Assembly (NCBI GenBank): GCA_964019335.1
Contig: OZ025683.1
Location: 62,001 to 126,000 of the forward strand
From: Diplonema japonicum
Lineage: Eukaryota; Protista; Euglenozoa: Diplonemea
DNA length: 64,000 bases
Reading direction: 5' to 3'
Made by a program: the position numbers and the translations under genes. The notes below the pieces were generated by a model. It was not told the origin of the DNA. It searched no databases and was given only the letters and a program-made list of their open reading frames with translations. Within the stretch, counting starts at the first letter, position 1. Every line of letters begins with the position of its first letter. Positions 10,833 to 21,052 of this stretch are shown here, one piece after another.

Positions 10833-11396
10833 TTGGAATGCGTGTATCTGAATATGAGTTAGTACTGGGTTCTGCTTATCTGGAGCATCTTCCCTTCGAC
10901 GCACCCCCTGACAAACGCATTCACGAGAGTCGCCAACCCAGCGGAGCGATTCTGGATCGGCGTCTTCCACCCCCTGCCCCCAAAGCCGACCACGGGGGAC
11001 CAACAACGACGCAGGAAGAAAACAAAAACAAGCGCCCTCGCCGCAGGATGCGACCTCCCCGAGCTACCTGAGAAAGAACTGAAGAGCCGCCTCGTCCCCG
11101 AACAAAGTCGAAAGGGAGCAGTCAAAGCTCTTCTGGAGAGCCACAAACTAGGAGAACAAGTTGGTCTATAGGCTTTCTTACGAGACCCGAAGGTTACGAA
11201 GATGTGCAGCGACGCAACGAAATTGGACAGCCATGGTCTCATACCGGCTCCTCCCTCCCAACTTCCTGTTCATACAGAATGCGGCAAAGGTATCGAAACA
11301 GCTGCCAGGACCCAAGGAACCCAGTGGTACCTTGACCTCCTGAGACCATGCTAGCTTCTACTGCACCTTTGGAAAAAGGCGATATGACTTTTAAGG

Positions 11397-12953
11397 TTAA
11401 CGAAACGCAGTGGGAACGTGCGTCTGGGGGCAGCATGAGATATCGAAGGCATCAGGCGGTATACCGGAGAAAAGCTTTCCAGGCAGGGGGTGGGTGCAGG
11501 AAGGAATGGCCAATGGCGTTAGGGTGGCAGCTGGGAGAGGAGAGAGTGTGGTGCACCGTATTGGTGCGCTGTAGTGCAGCGACAAGAAGAACGGGGCTGT
11601 GAGCTGTGCCGATGAAGAAATAGGAGGCCTAGGGACAATAACTGTGGTGCGTGAGGTTACATAGTGAATGCGATCGGTAGCTGTTGATACTGCTTGGGAC
11701 TCGGCACTTGACGCAGAAACGCGCCACCGTCCACCACCCATGTCTTCCATCACCAGCAGAAATACTCGCACCTCAGACTGCACCACAGACACAACCACTT
11801 CTGTCTCTCGATCACATTCAACCTTTACAACATGATGTGGAATCCCATTACTGCAGTACGCGAGCTGCAACCTCTGTGTGTTCCAGCCGTTCAGACTGTG
11901 ATAAACATATATCGGGCACTGCGGCTTCCATTCCTCCCACACAAGATCCTCAGTTGTGGAAAAGCTTGCAATCCCGGTCCATGCATTTTCCGAGTGAGCC
12001 TTTGTTTTCTTCTTCTTCAAGAGCAATAGTTTATGAGACAGGTAGCTGTCGCAGCCCAGTACGGCACACCCATCACTCGTCACAGCTCCACCGCCATTGG
12101 CGAGCAGCTTACATAAAGAAGTTAACTCCGTGGGAACAGAGACCACAGAGAAGGGGCGTCCTGTGAGGATCTCAATCACGTCACCTGTGGGGTGTGGGCA
12201 TGATACATCGCACAGGGAGTGGTAGCCCCCCATGTGTTTGGCCAATGCCTTTGCTAAAAGGGAAGTGTACGGTGAGCCGAAGAGCACAGGGAGGTACTCA
12301 TCAATGGTGATGGTAATCCACTCACCGAAGCAGAGATCCAGCTGCAGTCCACCGTATCCATTCCGCCGAAGCGAGGGGAGCCCTTCGGTTGGGTTGGCGA
12401 TGTTGCGGGAAAGGATGCAGTTGACAGCATGGATGAGGAAGGGGGGGATAAAGGCAGGGTCGGGTGTTTGGGGAACAAAGGTCGTAGGGGGGGGCACTAG
12501 CTCACCTGTGATACACGAGCGGTACCATCCAGGCTGAGGAGGAAAAGTGATGTCAAAGTACTGCAGATGCAGCTGGGTGCTTACAGCTAGCAGTTTCGAC
12601 AAGGGTACCGCACTCATGTCAATGATTCCTTGTCTCAGAAACTCGAGTGAGATTTGCTTATCATCTCCTGCTGCCCACCGCCGTCCTGCGCTGCACTCTG
12701 ACACCTCAGAAGCCTTGGCCTCCACTGTGTCGCTGTCCCACCACCTGTCCAGTGTTACATCATCCTTCCAGTCAACAAACCAGTCCCACCCGCCCTTCCC
12801 CACAGCCTGTTCTTCTACTGCGGCATCTTCCTCCTGCTCGATCTTTTCCTTGTATGTTAAGTACCTGCATGCCACCTTCTCGCAGCTGGCTCCCAAAACC
12901 TTTGTCGCCACATTCCAGTCGATCGAGGTCACAATAATATCCCCCTCGCTCAT
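11397..12953 (-). CDS. Calpain-like protein, probably non-catalytic
   Basis: DITFPP, GEWITITIDEYLP, LLAKALAKHMGGY, EILTG motifs of the CysPc domain, followed by a domain III-like region. No QGxxGDCW, GHAY or NPWG motifs. Confidence 0.75.
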   Translation of the reverse strand: MSEGDIIVTSIDWNVATKVLGASCEKVACRYLTYKEKIEQEEDAAVEEQAVGKGGWDWFVDWKDDVTLDRWWDSDTVEAKASEVSECSAGRRWAAGDDKQISLEFLRQGIIDMSAVPLSKLLAVSTQLHLQYFDITFPPQPGWYRSCITGELVPPPTTFVPQTPDPAFIPPFLIHAVNCILSRNIANPTEGLPSLRRNGYGGLQLDLCFGEWITITIDEYLPVLFGSPYTSLLAKALAKHMGGYHSLCDVSCPHPTGDVIEILTGRPFSVVSVPTELTSLCKLLANGGGAVTSDGCAVLGCDSYLSHKLLLLKKKKTKAHSENAWTGIASFSTTEDLVWEEWKPQCPIYVYHSLNGWNTQRLQLAYCSNGIPHHVVKVECDRETEVVVSVVQSEVRVFLLVMEDMGGGRWRVSASSAESQAVSTATDRIHYVTSRTTVIVPRPPISSSAQLTAPFFLSLHYSAPIRCTTLSPLPAATLTPLAIPSCTHPLPGKLFSGIPPDAFDISCCPQTHVPTAFR

Positions 12954-13141
12954 CTTCACCTGTGTGTAATAGAGTAGTGTGGTGTGCAGAACGATGGCAA
13001 AATAGGTTAGGATAGAACGAGCACTTTTTTCCCTCATGGTTTCTATTGTCCCACTCCCCGTTTTCTTTCTTTTTTCTTCTTCTTTTTTTTTTTTTTGCTT
13101 GCTTACTTCTTTATTCTATTCTAACCCATTCTAACAGACTT

Positions 13142-16048
13142 CTAGAGCAACTTGCGAGGTATAGTGAACCCACGCCGCCTGGGTGGCGGTGCAGCCGCCA
13201 AGATGGGTGCGCTTGAAGGAGGGGCTGGTTGGTTGTCGAGGAGCTGTGACTGAGAGAGGAAAGATTGTATCTCCGAGTCGAAGGAGGGGAAGGAGAGGGA
13301 CACGCCGAACTGGGTGGTTTGGCCAAAAAGTTTGACGTCTTCTGAGAGCAGGACGAGAGAGGGGTTGCGTGTACCGTGTGGCATTGTGTCGCCGAAGACC
13401 ATGCTGTGTGCGAGCTTTACGAGATGCCTGTCGATTTCATCGATCTCCAGCTGTTGCATTCTCTGTGCTAGTATTGCAGGCAGCATGGCCTGCCTCTTTG
13501 TCCACGACGACAGAAGATACTGATTCAGATCGCTCAGTGGTGTGTAGCCCTTGTCTTCTCTTTTCCGTCTCCACATGCTAGAGTGTAACGGTTGCATGTA
13601 TTCCTGTACTTGCACTCTTAACAAACCCGCACCCCTCTCTTCAAACCTTGCCTGGCAGTCCCTCAGCCTCCTCCTTGACGCACCGAACACCCTCAGTCTC
13701 CCATCGTGGACGTGCATAGAAGCTGCCATCGTTGCGTATTTTTGCGACAGTGCCAAGGCAGCTGCCTCATATGCCCCTGCGTTGACGCTTTGTATGCAGA
13801 TCTGCAGCGTGTGGATCTTTCCCAGCTTCCCTACCTTCTCGTCCAGTTGCGATGCCAAGTGCTGCAATAGCGAGTCGATGTGCCCCCGCACCTCGTCGTC
13901 GACATCCCCCGCACCTCTATGTATTTTAAATGCCGCATCCAGTGCTTCCAACAAGATGTCCATCACCTTCAGGACTGTTACGCTGCACTTCAAGCTGTTC
14001 ACCCCGCTAGTGCAGGAACTCGACAGGTGCAGGAAGAGGCGTTTGATATGATCTTCGTCCGGTTTGGGCATCATTGCGACCAGCTGGTATTTGTCCTGCG
14101 ACAGCAGTGTGTTCATGTTGTTCATGGTCTCGATGTGAAGCCGCTGCATTGCGGCGTTCCGTACCTTTGTAATCCCCTCGTAGAGAGGCTCCAGACGATA
14201 GACGGAGTCACCAGCCACCGCCCAGAGCTCCTCGAGCGCAACAGCTACCTCTAGTCCCATTGCCTTTATCTTCAACAGGGCTTGCCAATCTCCGCTCTCT
14301 TGGCTTGCTATTGTCATCCATTTTTCTAAGGTTTGTGCAGCACTCTCCCAAGCACTCTGCACATGGTACTCATGGCACAAGGGCGGATGCGTGGACTGCA
14401 TCACGACAAGATCCACGAGGAAGAATCCTGTGATCTTAGCCAGCCAGTCCCGGGTGAAGTCCTCCACAGATGCAGCAGCGTCTAGTTTTAGCATAAGCTG
14501 CTTACTCCTGTTGGCCACATAGTACTTCCTCAGTGATGCAGCGCCATTGTCAGGGTCCAAGCATTGAAATACTTTCAAGCTGGCATGGACTACCTTCAGT
14601 TTCTGCTCAGACTCATTAGTAGGGGTCACCATCTGATCGCTGAGTGTTTCGAGGAACTGCGCTGCACCGAGCGTCGACCCCTGGCTGCCCTTCATGTCCA
14701 TTGGCTGCACGTCCCACACCAGCTCGTCCGCCCAGTCTTCTTGGTCTTCGATGCTCGTTGCCGCAAGAGACAGGGTGTCTACATGGCTGCCTTGCTTCCT
14801 GTACCTAGTCCCGCTCGACGAGTGGTCATCGTCGTCATCGTCTTCTAAGTGCTCCACGCGGCGCTGGTTGTCCGTCGCGCTTGCTATCCGCTGCCCTGCC
14901 CACTCAACAGCTTTGTAACCAAAGGGCTCCGCAAGTGAAATGGCCGTACAGAGCCACTGGTTAAAGTCGCTCTGCACCGCAGCACGTATCCTATTCCTGA
15001 GGGAGGGTATGGCTTCGTTGAACACCCACTGCCCGTAAGCATGGCTCAGCAGGGGACGCACCTTCTCCTCAAGCTCCTGAGAAGCAAGCAATGCAGGGTA
15101 GTATTTGCTCTCGCTGGCAAGACGCTCAGCCTTGCTGTGCAAGAGAGCAGTGTTGTGACAGAGCTTGATGTGTGATAGGGCAGAACAGACGTTGGTGTGT
15201 TCCCTTCGTGACTTGACAACGTCCTGCCCTGCACTGAGGAGGCTGCTGGTGGTTGTGTGCACACGAGTGGCCACGTCAGCTATCCTGTTCTTGAGGTTCT
15301 CAGTCTGGTGCGGGTTTAGAGCATCGCAGTTGTTCACAGAATTCATGAAGTCAAGGGCACTCTCAGTGACAACCTGTTCCACCCCCGCCTGCTGCGCTAC
15401 AATGAAGTCACCAAGCTGCTTGACAAGATTCTTGCTTTCAGTGATGCCATTCTTCTCCTCTGTGTCTCGTGCGGGGTACACCGACCGGATGGCAGAATAG
15501 TCAAGGAAGTCAGCAGATACTATGTTATTCACCAAGAATTTCCTGCTATGGTCTTGCACCAGTAGATCATCTTCATTCTTGTCTTTGCTCTCTACAACCG
15601 TGCCTGCCTCGGTACCCAGTTCGGTGAAGCCGTTCATTGGGTACAAAGGGCTGCTTGCTCTCTCTTCCTCTGCTTGTGGCGCGATGGGTGCAAGCAGCTC
15701 TTGTCGGAGACGCTTCAACATCACCACTACCTCTCGTAGGTCTTCGGAGTTCCCACCGAACAGCGTGAAGACAGTACCATCGTCGCCCCCCAGGACGAGC
15801 TTTGCGCCCCCACGGTTCTCCACACTGGGTGTGGTGTTCTCAATGGGCATCATATGGACCACATCGTACGACCCATCTTTCAGGATATACACATTCACCC
15901 GCCCCGCCATGAGCACACACGCCTTCATGTGCCCCTTCCGCTTTTCATATTGTAACCGTGTGAGGGTCAGTGTTGGTTCGAAGGAGTCATTGTTCGCCTC
16001 CAACTGCTCATTGATTGCCTTGCCGAGCTTCTTGGAGGTTTCGCCCAT
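13142..16048 (-). CDS. SEC15: Exocyst component Sec15/EXOC6-like
   Basis: KYYPAL..LE, IP.LR.RI.....DFNQWL, RKYY..NR..QL, ITGFFLVD motifs; long helical protein. Confidence 0.75.
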   Translation of the reverse strand: MGETSKKLGKAINEQLEANNDSFEPTLTLTRLQYEKRKGHMKACVLMAGRVNVYILKDGSYDVVHMMPIENTTPSVENRGGAKLVLGGDDGTVFTLFGGNSEDLREVVVMLKRLRQELLAPIAPQAEEERASSPLYPMNGFTELGTEAGTVVESKDKNEDDLLVQDHSRKFLVNNIVSADFLDYSAIRSVYPARDTEEKNGITESKNLVKQLGDFIVAQQAGVEQVVTESALDFMNSVNNCDALNPHQTENLKNRIADVATRVHTTTSSLLSAGQDVVKSRREHTNVCSALSHIKLCHNTALLHSKAERLASESKYYPALLASQELEEKVRPLLSHAYGQWVFNEAIPSLRNRIRAAVQSDFNQWLCTAISLAEPFGYKAVEWAGQRIASATDNQRRVEHLEDDDDDDHSSSGTRYRKQGSHVDTLSLAATSIEDQEDWADELVWDVQPMDMKGSQGSTLGAAQFLETLSDQMVTPTNESEQKLKVVHASLKVFQCLDPDNGAASLRKYYVANRSKQLMLKLDAAASVEDFTRDWLAKITGFFLVDLVVMQSTHPPLCHEYHVQSAWESAAQTLEKWMTIASQESGDWQALLKIKAMGLEVAVALEELWAVAGDSVYRLEPLYEGITKVRNAAMQRLHIETMNNMNTLLSQDKYQLVAMMPKPDEDHIKRLFLHLSSSCTSGVNSLKCSVTVLKVMDILLEALDAAFKIHRGAGDVDDEVRGHIDSLLQHLASQLDEKVGKLGKIHTLQICIQSVNAGAYEAAALALSQKYATMAASMHVHDGRLRVFGASRRRLRDCQARFEERGAGLLRVQVQEYMQPLHSSMWRRKREDKGYTPLSDLNQYLLSSWTKRQAMLPAILAQRMQQLEIDEIDRHLVKLAHSMVFGDTMPHGTRNPSLVLLSEDVKLFGQTTQFGVSLSFPSFDSEIQSFLSQSQLLDNQPAPPSSAPILAAAPPPRRRGFTIPRKLL

Positions 16049-16108
16049 GTCCCCTCCCACCTGTTATGTGTGTGATCTGCCCAACGTACAATAAATGAAA
16101 GACGGAGA

Positions 16109-16513
16109 CTAAGACCTGTACACGTTGAAGCCATCCATGGGGCTGGTCTCTTGAAGCATCTCAAGCCGCGTCTTGCCTTGACGTATGAGCCACTCGATTT
16201 GAGTGAACTGGAATTTGGGTAGTTTTTTATTGTTGTCAAACTCGCTTCGGATATAGCACTGCAACCTGTCTCTCACGTCGGGGTCCAGCTTTCTGTTACT
16301 CTCTCTCATCAGGTCTCGGTACAATTTCCGGACTTCTTGCTGTGCGCCACTCCCGGGCCTGTCAGGATCGCGCTCTGGCAGAGCACCCTGCTCTGCAGCG
16401 AATTGTTCGATGACTTTCAATTCAGATTTCCCGTGAACGTTGTCGCTGTGCCATTTCATTCTTTTCGCACCAGTACGCATAGGTGCCTGTGCCAGCCTAG
16501 AGAGCCGGTTCAT
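16109..16513 (-). CDS. Mitochondrial LYR-motif protein, SDHAF1-like
   Basis: Arg-rich presequence MNRLSRLAQA; QQEVRKLYRDLMR...IRSEF...IEWLIRQGK. Confidence 0.75.
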   Translation of the reverse strand: MNRLSRLAQAPMRTGAKRMKWHSDNVHGKSELKVIEQFAAEQGALPERDPDRPGSGAQQEVRKLYRDLMRESNRKLDPDVRDRLQCYIRSEFDNNKKLPKFQFTQIEWLIRQGKTRLEMLQETSPMDGFNVYRS

Positions 16514-16614
16514 TGTTATGTCCCACGTGGCTGTGTGGTGTTTGAGAAAGAGAGACGGGGGAGGGGAGGGGATCCACATTAAAGAACTTTAACAGTGTCA
16601 ACAAAACGTGTCCC

Positions 16615-16998
16615 TTACTTTTTCTTTTGCTTTCCAGCTTGTTTTTTCGTGCCGTCGAGAGTTTCTAGAATGGTTTTCACCTTTGCCCCGTCCTCACCCT
16701 GCAAGAGTGACATATAGCTGCGGGACCCATCGTCGTCGGTAACTAAGATGAGGGCATACTGCCCTCTGTCGACCCACCCAGGCGTGTCACACGTCGTCTG
16801 GTCTGGGGATTCGTACAAGTTCAGGGGTGCTGTCTTGGGGTCGCTGAGCTTTGCAGGGTCTCCGTTCATGAGATCAACGTCGCCCTGCAGGGACCCGTAC
16901 CCTAACGACTGCTTGATGTGGTACAACAGAGCAATATTCTTGCAGTCGCTGTTGAACATGGCAGTCTCGTTGCTTCCATGCCGCACATAGAACAGCAT
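16615..16998 (-). CDS. Small conserved protein, CXorf65/C22orf15-like
   Basis: MLFYVRHG...FNSDC...LL.HIK...VDL pattern; basic tail. Confidence 0.55.
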   Translation of the reverse strand: MLFYVRHGSNETAMFNSDCKNIALLYHIKQSLGYGSLQGDVDLMNGDPAKLSDPKTAPLNLYESPDQTTCDTPGWVDRGQYALILVTDDDGSRSYMSLLQGEDGAKVKTILETLDGTKKQAGKQKKK

Positions 16999-17068
16999 GC
17001 CGCCCAACCCTGTTGTGGCTGTGTGTGTGATACCGGTCACGGCAACATGAATAACATTTATATGTTTC

Positions 17069-17683
17069 CTACAATTCGTTGGCAAGCCATGCCTGCCACT
17101 CGGAGGCAACAATCTCCCTTATTTCCTGCGTCTCATCAGGCAGGGCCCTGTCAACTTCGTCGGGAATCGCGTGAGGCTTGAAAGAAGTCAGGGCATGCTG
17201 GGTACGGTACAGATACCCCGCCAGCTTCATCGCGGGCTTAGAGTTGCTGAACGAAGCGAGAGGAACAATATCCTGGGCCACATAGGTTCGTATCCATGAA
17301 GTAGGCCCCGATCGGAGATGGAGGGTTAATGGGATCGGTGTGCCGTAGGAAGGTACAGTGCATGAATGATGTGCTTTAAGTGTGACCCATCGCAGGTTGA
17401 TGCCCTTTGGGATTTCATGTGCTTCATAATTAACCAATTCACACCGTGTCTGACCTATCACAGCCCTTATCCGTTTAACTTCAGTCACTGCGCTTTCTAA
17501 AAAATCGCTCCCAACCAAGCTCCCGTTCCCCATTAGTAAGCTAACCTCGACCGCAATTTGAGGATCGAACACCATCCATTTGTCGCTCATAGTAATGTCG
17601 CTCATTCCCGAGCCTGTGTCCAGCCGTAGGTTGTCTATCTTTACCATCAAGCCCGCCACCACACATGCAGCGATCCACAGCAT
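17069..17683 (-). CDS. Hypothetical protein with N-terminal signal/hydrophobic segment
   Basis: Open frame from MLWIAACVVAGLMV, on the cluster strand. Confidence 0.55.
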   Translation of the reverse strand: MLWIAACVVAGLMVKIDNLRLDTGSGMSDITMSDKWMVFDPQIAVEVSLLMGNGSLVGSDFLESAVTEVKRIRAVIGQTRCELVNYEAHEIPKGINLRWVTLKAHHSCTVPSYGTPIPLTLHLRSGPTSWIRTYVAQDIVPLASFSNSKPAMKLAGYLYRTQHALTSFKPHAIPDEVDRALPDETQEIREIVASEWQAWLANEL

Positions 17684-17823
17684 CTTCCTATTTATATCGT
17701 GTATGGTGGTATTTTGTGCACCCAGCTCGAATATCGTTTGCAAAACCAATGAGACTGAACTTTTGAATTTGTTTGCTTTTTTCTTCTTCTTTTTCGTGTC
17801 ACTTTTACAAAACGAGAACCCGA

Positions 17824-19386
17824 TCAAGACAGCACTCTCACCTCGGTGGGGGGCGGCATGAACAGCAGGCAAGCCGAGTGCGATGCAGCGTTCTGGTCCA
17901 CCCGCTTGCTGCGCATATCAACGATCCTACGTCGCATGGCGGAAGACGACCTGTTGAACAGCAGTCGTGACTTCTCCTGATGCCGTGCCTGCTGTCTCTG
18001 AAGCGTCTGGAAGTGACCGACGGTGTGTTGCTCCATCATATTGTAGAAGGCCTCCTTTGCCTCCCTATTGACGGTCTCCACAACTCTTGTGCACCGTACC
18101 CGAGGTGACTCAGCCGTCTTCCTACACTGCCCCGTGGGTTGTGCTATCATCTCTCCCATTTTGCATTTAAGCCTTTGCATCTCCAACTCTATGTTCTCCA
18201 TCTCAGCCCTGTCTTCTTCAGAGGGGTCATCTGTTTGCAGTTTTGCCAACTTCGTCTCTTCCTCCACTAGCTTGGCGTGGCAGGTGTCGTGTGTGTGCTG
18301 CCGGGACAGCAAGTTTTCGAGATTCTGGCTTTTCTGTCGAGCGTGCATTAGCATGGGGTGCGCTAAACGGGACTGAGCTTTCTTTGCAGGCGCTGTGCGT
18401 GGCCGTGGTCTGTGTTGCCGTAGCTCTCTTCGCTCTTCCTCATGGTTATGGATATGCACATTCTCAGCCCCGTCAGTGTCTTCGGCCATCGTGAGGTGAT
18501 GCGTCAGGAACCTGTCTAGCAACACACGTTTGGTCTCCTCCGTGTCAACGGCCCTCGCGTCCTCGGTGTGACCGCACGCTTCCGCTCGCTGCTTGAGCCT
18601 CTCGCAGAACTTTGAGAATTCCACGAACAGTGCATCCATCACAGCTGGGGACAGCATGGGGTTCAAACTGCGTGTTTCGGCTTCTGCTTTTAGCCTTTCG
18701 TGTTCTTTTTTGTCGGCAAGGTGCTTCAAGTATGACTCGTCGGTCATGGTGCTGATGCGCTGGAGGGGTTCTGCCTCTTCACGTTGTTTTCGGAGGTTGC
18801 TAGCTGATGTCACGTATCTCCGAAGATGCTGAGTCCCCTTCACCTGTTTGGGGGACACGGGGTGAGAACGGGGCTGCTTCTTGTTCACAAGGAGATAGTC
18901 GGCGGCTGAACGCTTGACTTCTAAGTTGATGCCAAGGTGTTCAAGGTGGCACTGGTCCGCGAAGGCTGACTTCGGTGTCTGGTTTACGTTTGTGTTCATT
19001 GTAGTTTGAATATTTTTGAGGAGCGACTGGCGTGCCAGGGAGCTGCCTGCTGTGGAGGGCCTACTGTGCTGCGCCTCTGGTATGTATTTCACACTCTCCA
19101 TCCATAGCTTGTCTTGAAGGATTTCTTCTATCTCTCGCTTGTTCTTAAGCCCTGTCTGCCTGGTGAGCCTCGTGACCACGCCTGTTCTACTCTCACTTCG
19201 GTGGCTCTTCACACCAGGCGTCACCCGGAAGCTGCTTGGCCTTGTGCCTGTGCTTTTGTAACTCCCCAACCCCGAACTGCATTCTCTTTCGTTCACAACA
19301 GACAGCTGTGGTGCCAGAACATCGCTGGGAGGAGGCAGAGCCTTCTGCACCTGCACACCTACACCTGCCATTCCTGTAACATGCAT
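17824..19386 (-). CDS. Hypothetical coiled-coil/low-complexity protein
   Basis: 520-aa ORF on the cluster strand. Confidence 0.7.
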   Translation of the reverse strand: MHVTGMAGVGVQVQKALPPPSDVLAPQLSVVNERECSSGLGSYKSTGTRPSSFRVTPGVKSHRSESRTGVVTRLTRQTGLKNKREIEEILQDKLWMESVKYIPEAQHSRPSTAGSSLARQSLLKNIQTTMNTNVNQTPKSAFADQCHLEHLGINLEVKRSAADYLLVNKKQPRSHPVSPKQVKGTQHLRRYVTSASNLRKQREEAEPLQRISTMTDESYLKHLADKKEHERLKAEAETRSLNPMLSPAVMDALFVEFSKFCERLKQRAEACGHTEDARAVDTEETKRVLLDRFLTHHLTMAEDTDGAENVHIHNHEEERRELRQHRPRPRTAPAKKAQSRLAHPMLMHARQKSQNLENLLSRQHTHDTCHAKLVEEETKLAKLQTDDPSEEDRAEMENIELEMQRLKCKMGEMIAQPTGQCRKTAESPRVRCTRVVETVNREAKEAFYNMMEQHTVGHFQTLQRQQARHQEKSRLLFNRSSSAMRRRIVDMRSKRVDQNAASHSACLLFMPPPTEVRVLS

Positions 19387-20053
19387 TTTCTTTTTCGTTT
19401 GTTCTCACACAAGCTACAATAAACAGGGGGGAAACATGTGGATCGAGGAAAGCAGACACCATATCGTCTGTGAGTGCTGCATCACCAACTTAACAAGCGG
19501 GCAGGGAAAAGGAAGCCACATGAGGGGAAAAGAAAAGAAAGGTTGAAAAAAGAGATAAAAGAACACAGGTTTACACCGAAATCTAAGAATTCCCAAAAGT
19601 GCAAATTTTCTAAACCTGTCATATTGCACCTAACCACAACACTTCTGTCGTTGCCGGTAGCTCCTTCTTGAGCATGGCGCACGACGTTGGTCTTGTAATG
19701 GTATCTCCGTGTTGCCAAGTCCCAGCTAAACAGGCACCTGCCCGCTGCCACGATCATGGATAACACAGGGTCCTTCTACAGTGTGCATTTAACTCGTTAA
19801 AATAATTATGAAAAAAAAACATCATTAAAGCAATGGGGCAGGGAAAGGGAGAAAAGGGTAGCAACAAGATAATCCAATAGACCAATAGAATTCAATCTGT
19901 GGCTGCCGTGGCAGCTTGATCAGGTAGTGGCCATTGAGTGCACGTCTGGAGACTTATGCACCAACAAACCTATCTTTTGCACCTAATAAGAGGGAAGTAA
20001 TAATTTGGGGAACTGCTATGCATTAAAAATAGAAGTTAGATAGAATCTTGCTT

Positions 20054-21052
20054 CTACCTTGCCATGGAGTTGGCGGGGATGAACCTGTCCTCAGAGGGGT
20101 CGTGCGGGCAAACACGGCACTTGTCCTGAACCGTCCAGGGACCGTGGGGCTTGTGGGGTTTCGGGCACAGGTCCCTCTCGCACTCCCCGTTGTTCCAAGA
20201 GCACTCACCAGGGGACGAGTTCCAGCAGAGGTCCTCCGCCGTGTAGGCCCCACAGTAGGTGGTGGCGGGAGAGAAGGCGAAGAAGGTGAACTCCATGAGC
20301 TCAGGGGCCTTGATGATGTCCTTGTTCCCCTGAAGGGTCTGCTTGTGGAACACGATCAGGTTGTGGTGGTGGCTCTCAACGAAGACATCGAGGTCCATGT
20401 ACGTCCCACAGCGGAAGGGCTTGAACCCCTTCGAGAGGAGGATGGCCTGGATGTTCCCACCGTCAGCGTGCTCGCAGGGCTTGCACTGGTAGATCACCAC
20501 GAAGTGGTCGCAGTAGCCACCAGCCCCTCCCTGTCCGGCAGAGCACCCCATGTGCATCTCGTAGCCTTCCTTCGTCCTCACAGACGGGACCTGGGCGTGC
20601 CTCCCAAGCATGGTGGGGGGGAAGTTGTAGAATCCAGAGTCGTACATGTCGTCGAAGCCGATCATGTCCTCTGCGATACGGGTGGTCCTCGTGCTGCTGG
20701 AGGGAGCGCTGGGGTTGGGGTTGATCTGGTTGGCGTTGACAGTTTTCGGTTCCATGCACTTGTCGCTCGCCGTCATGGGTGCAGGGGGAACACCGTTGCC
20801 GCAGTCAACCCAGCAGGCACCTGCCTGCACAGTCGTGGCATCCCAGTCTCCGCACACCGTCACCCCGTTCACCACAGTCATCTTGTTGCTCGGGATGCAC
20901 TGGTCGGCGCAACCGGTGCTCACCCTCGCGACCCCATTCTTCCTGTCCTCCACCATCTTGTGCTCAACGAAGCTGTGCTTGGCATCGGAGTTCGATCCCA
21001 CAGCAGACCCCACGAGGGCCAGCACAACAGCCATCTTGCTCATCGTCATCAT
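20054..21052 (-). CDS. Secreted Cys-rich family, copy 6
   Basis: Near-identical to copies 1 and 2; lies about 9 kb from the tandem array. Confidence 0.9.
   Translation of the reverse strand: MMTMSKMAVVLALVGSAVGSNSDAKHSFVEHKMVEDRKNGVARVSTGCADQCIPSNKMTVVNGVTVCGDWDATTVQAGACWVDCGNGVPPAPMTASDKCMEPKTVNANQINPNPSAPSSSTRTTRIAEDMIGFDDMYDSGFYNFPPTMLGRHAQVPSVRTKEGYEMHMGCSAGQGGAGGYCDHFVVIYQCKPCEHADGGNIQAILLSKGFKPFRCGTYMDLDVFVESHHHNLIVFHKQTLQGNKDIIKAPELMEFTFFAFSPATTYCGAYTAEDLCWNSSPGECSWNNGECERDLCPKPHKPHGPWTVQDKCRVCPHDPSEDRFIPANSMAR

Noticed and set aside
19482-19766. Possible small minus-strand gene
   Set aside because: No recognisable motif, and the frame runs into a pyrimidine tract; insufficient support.
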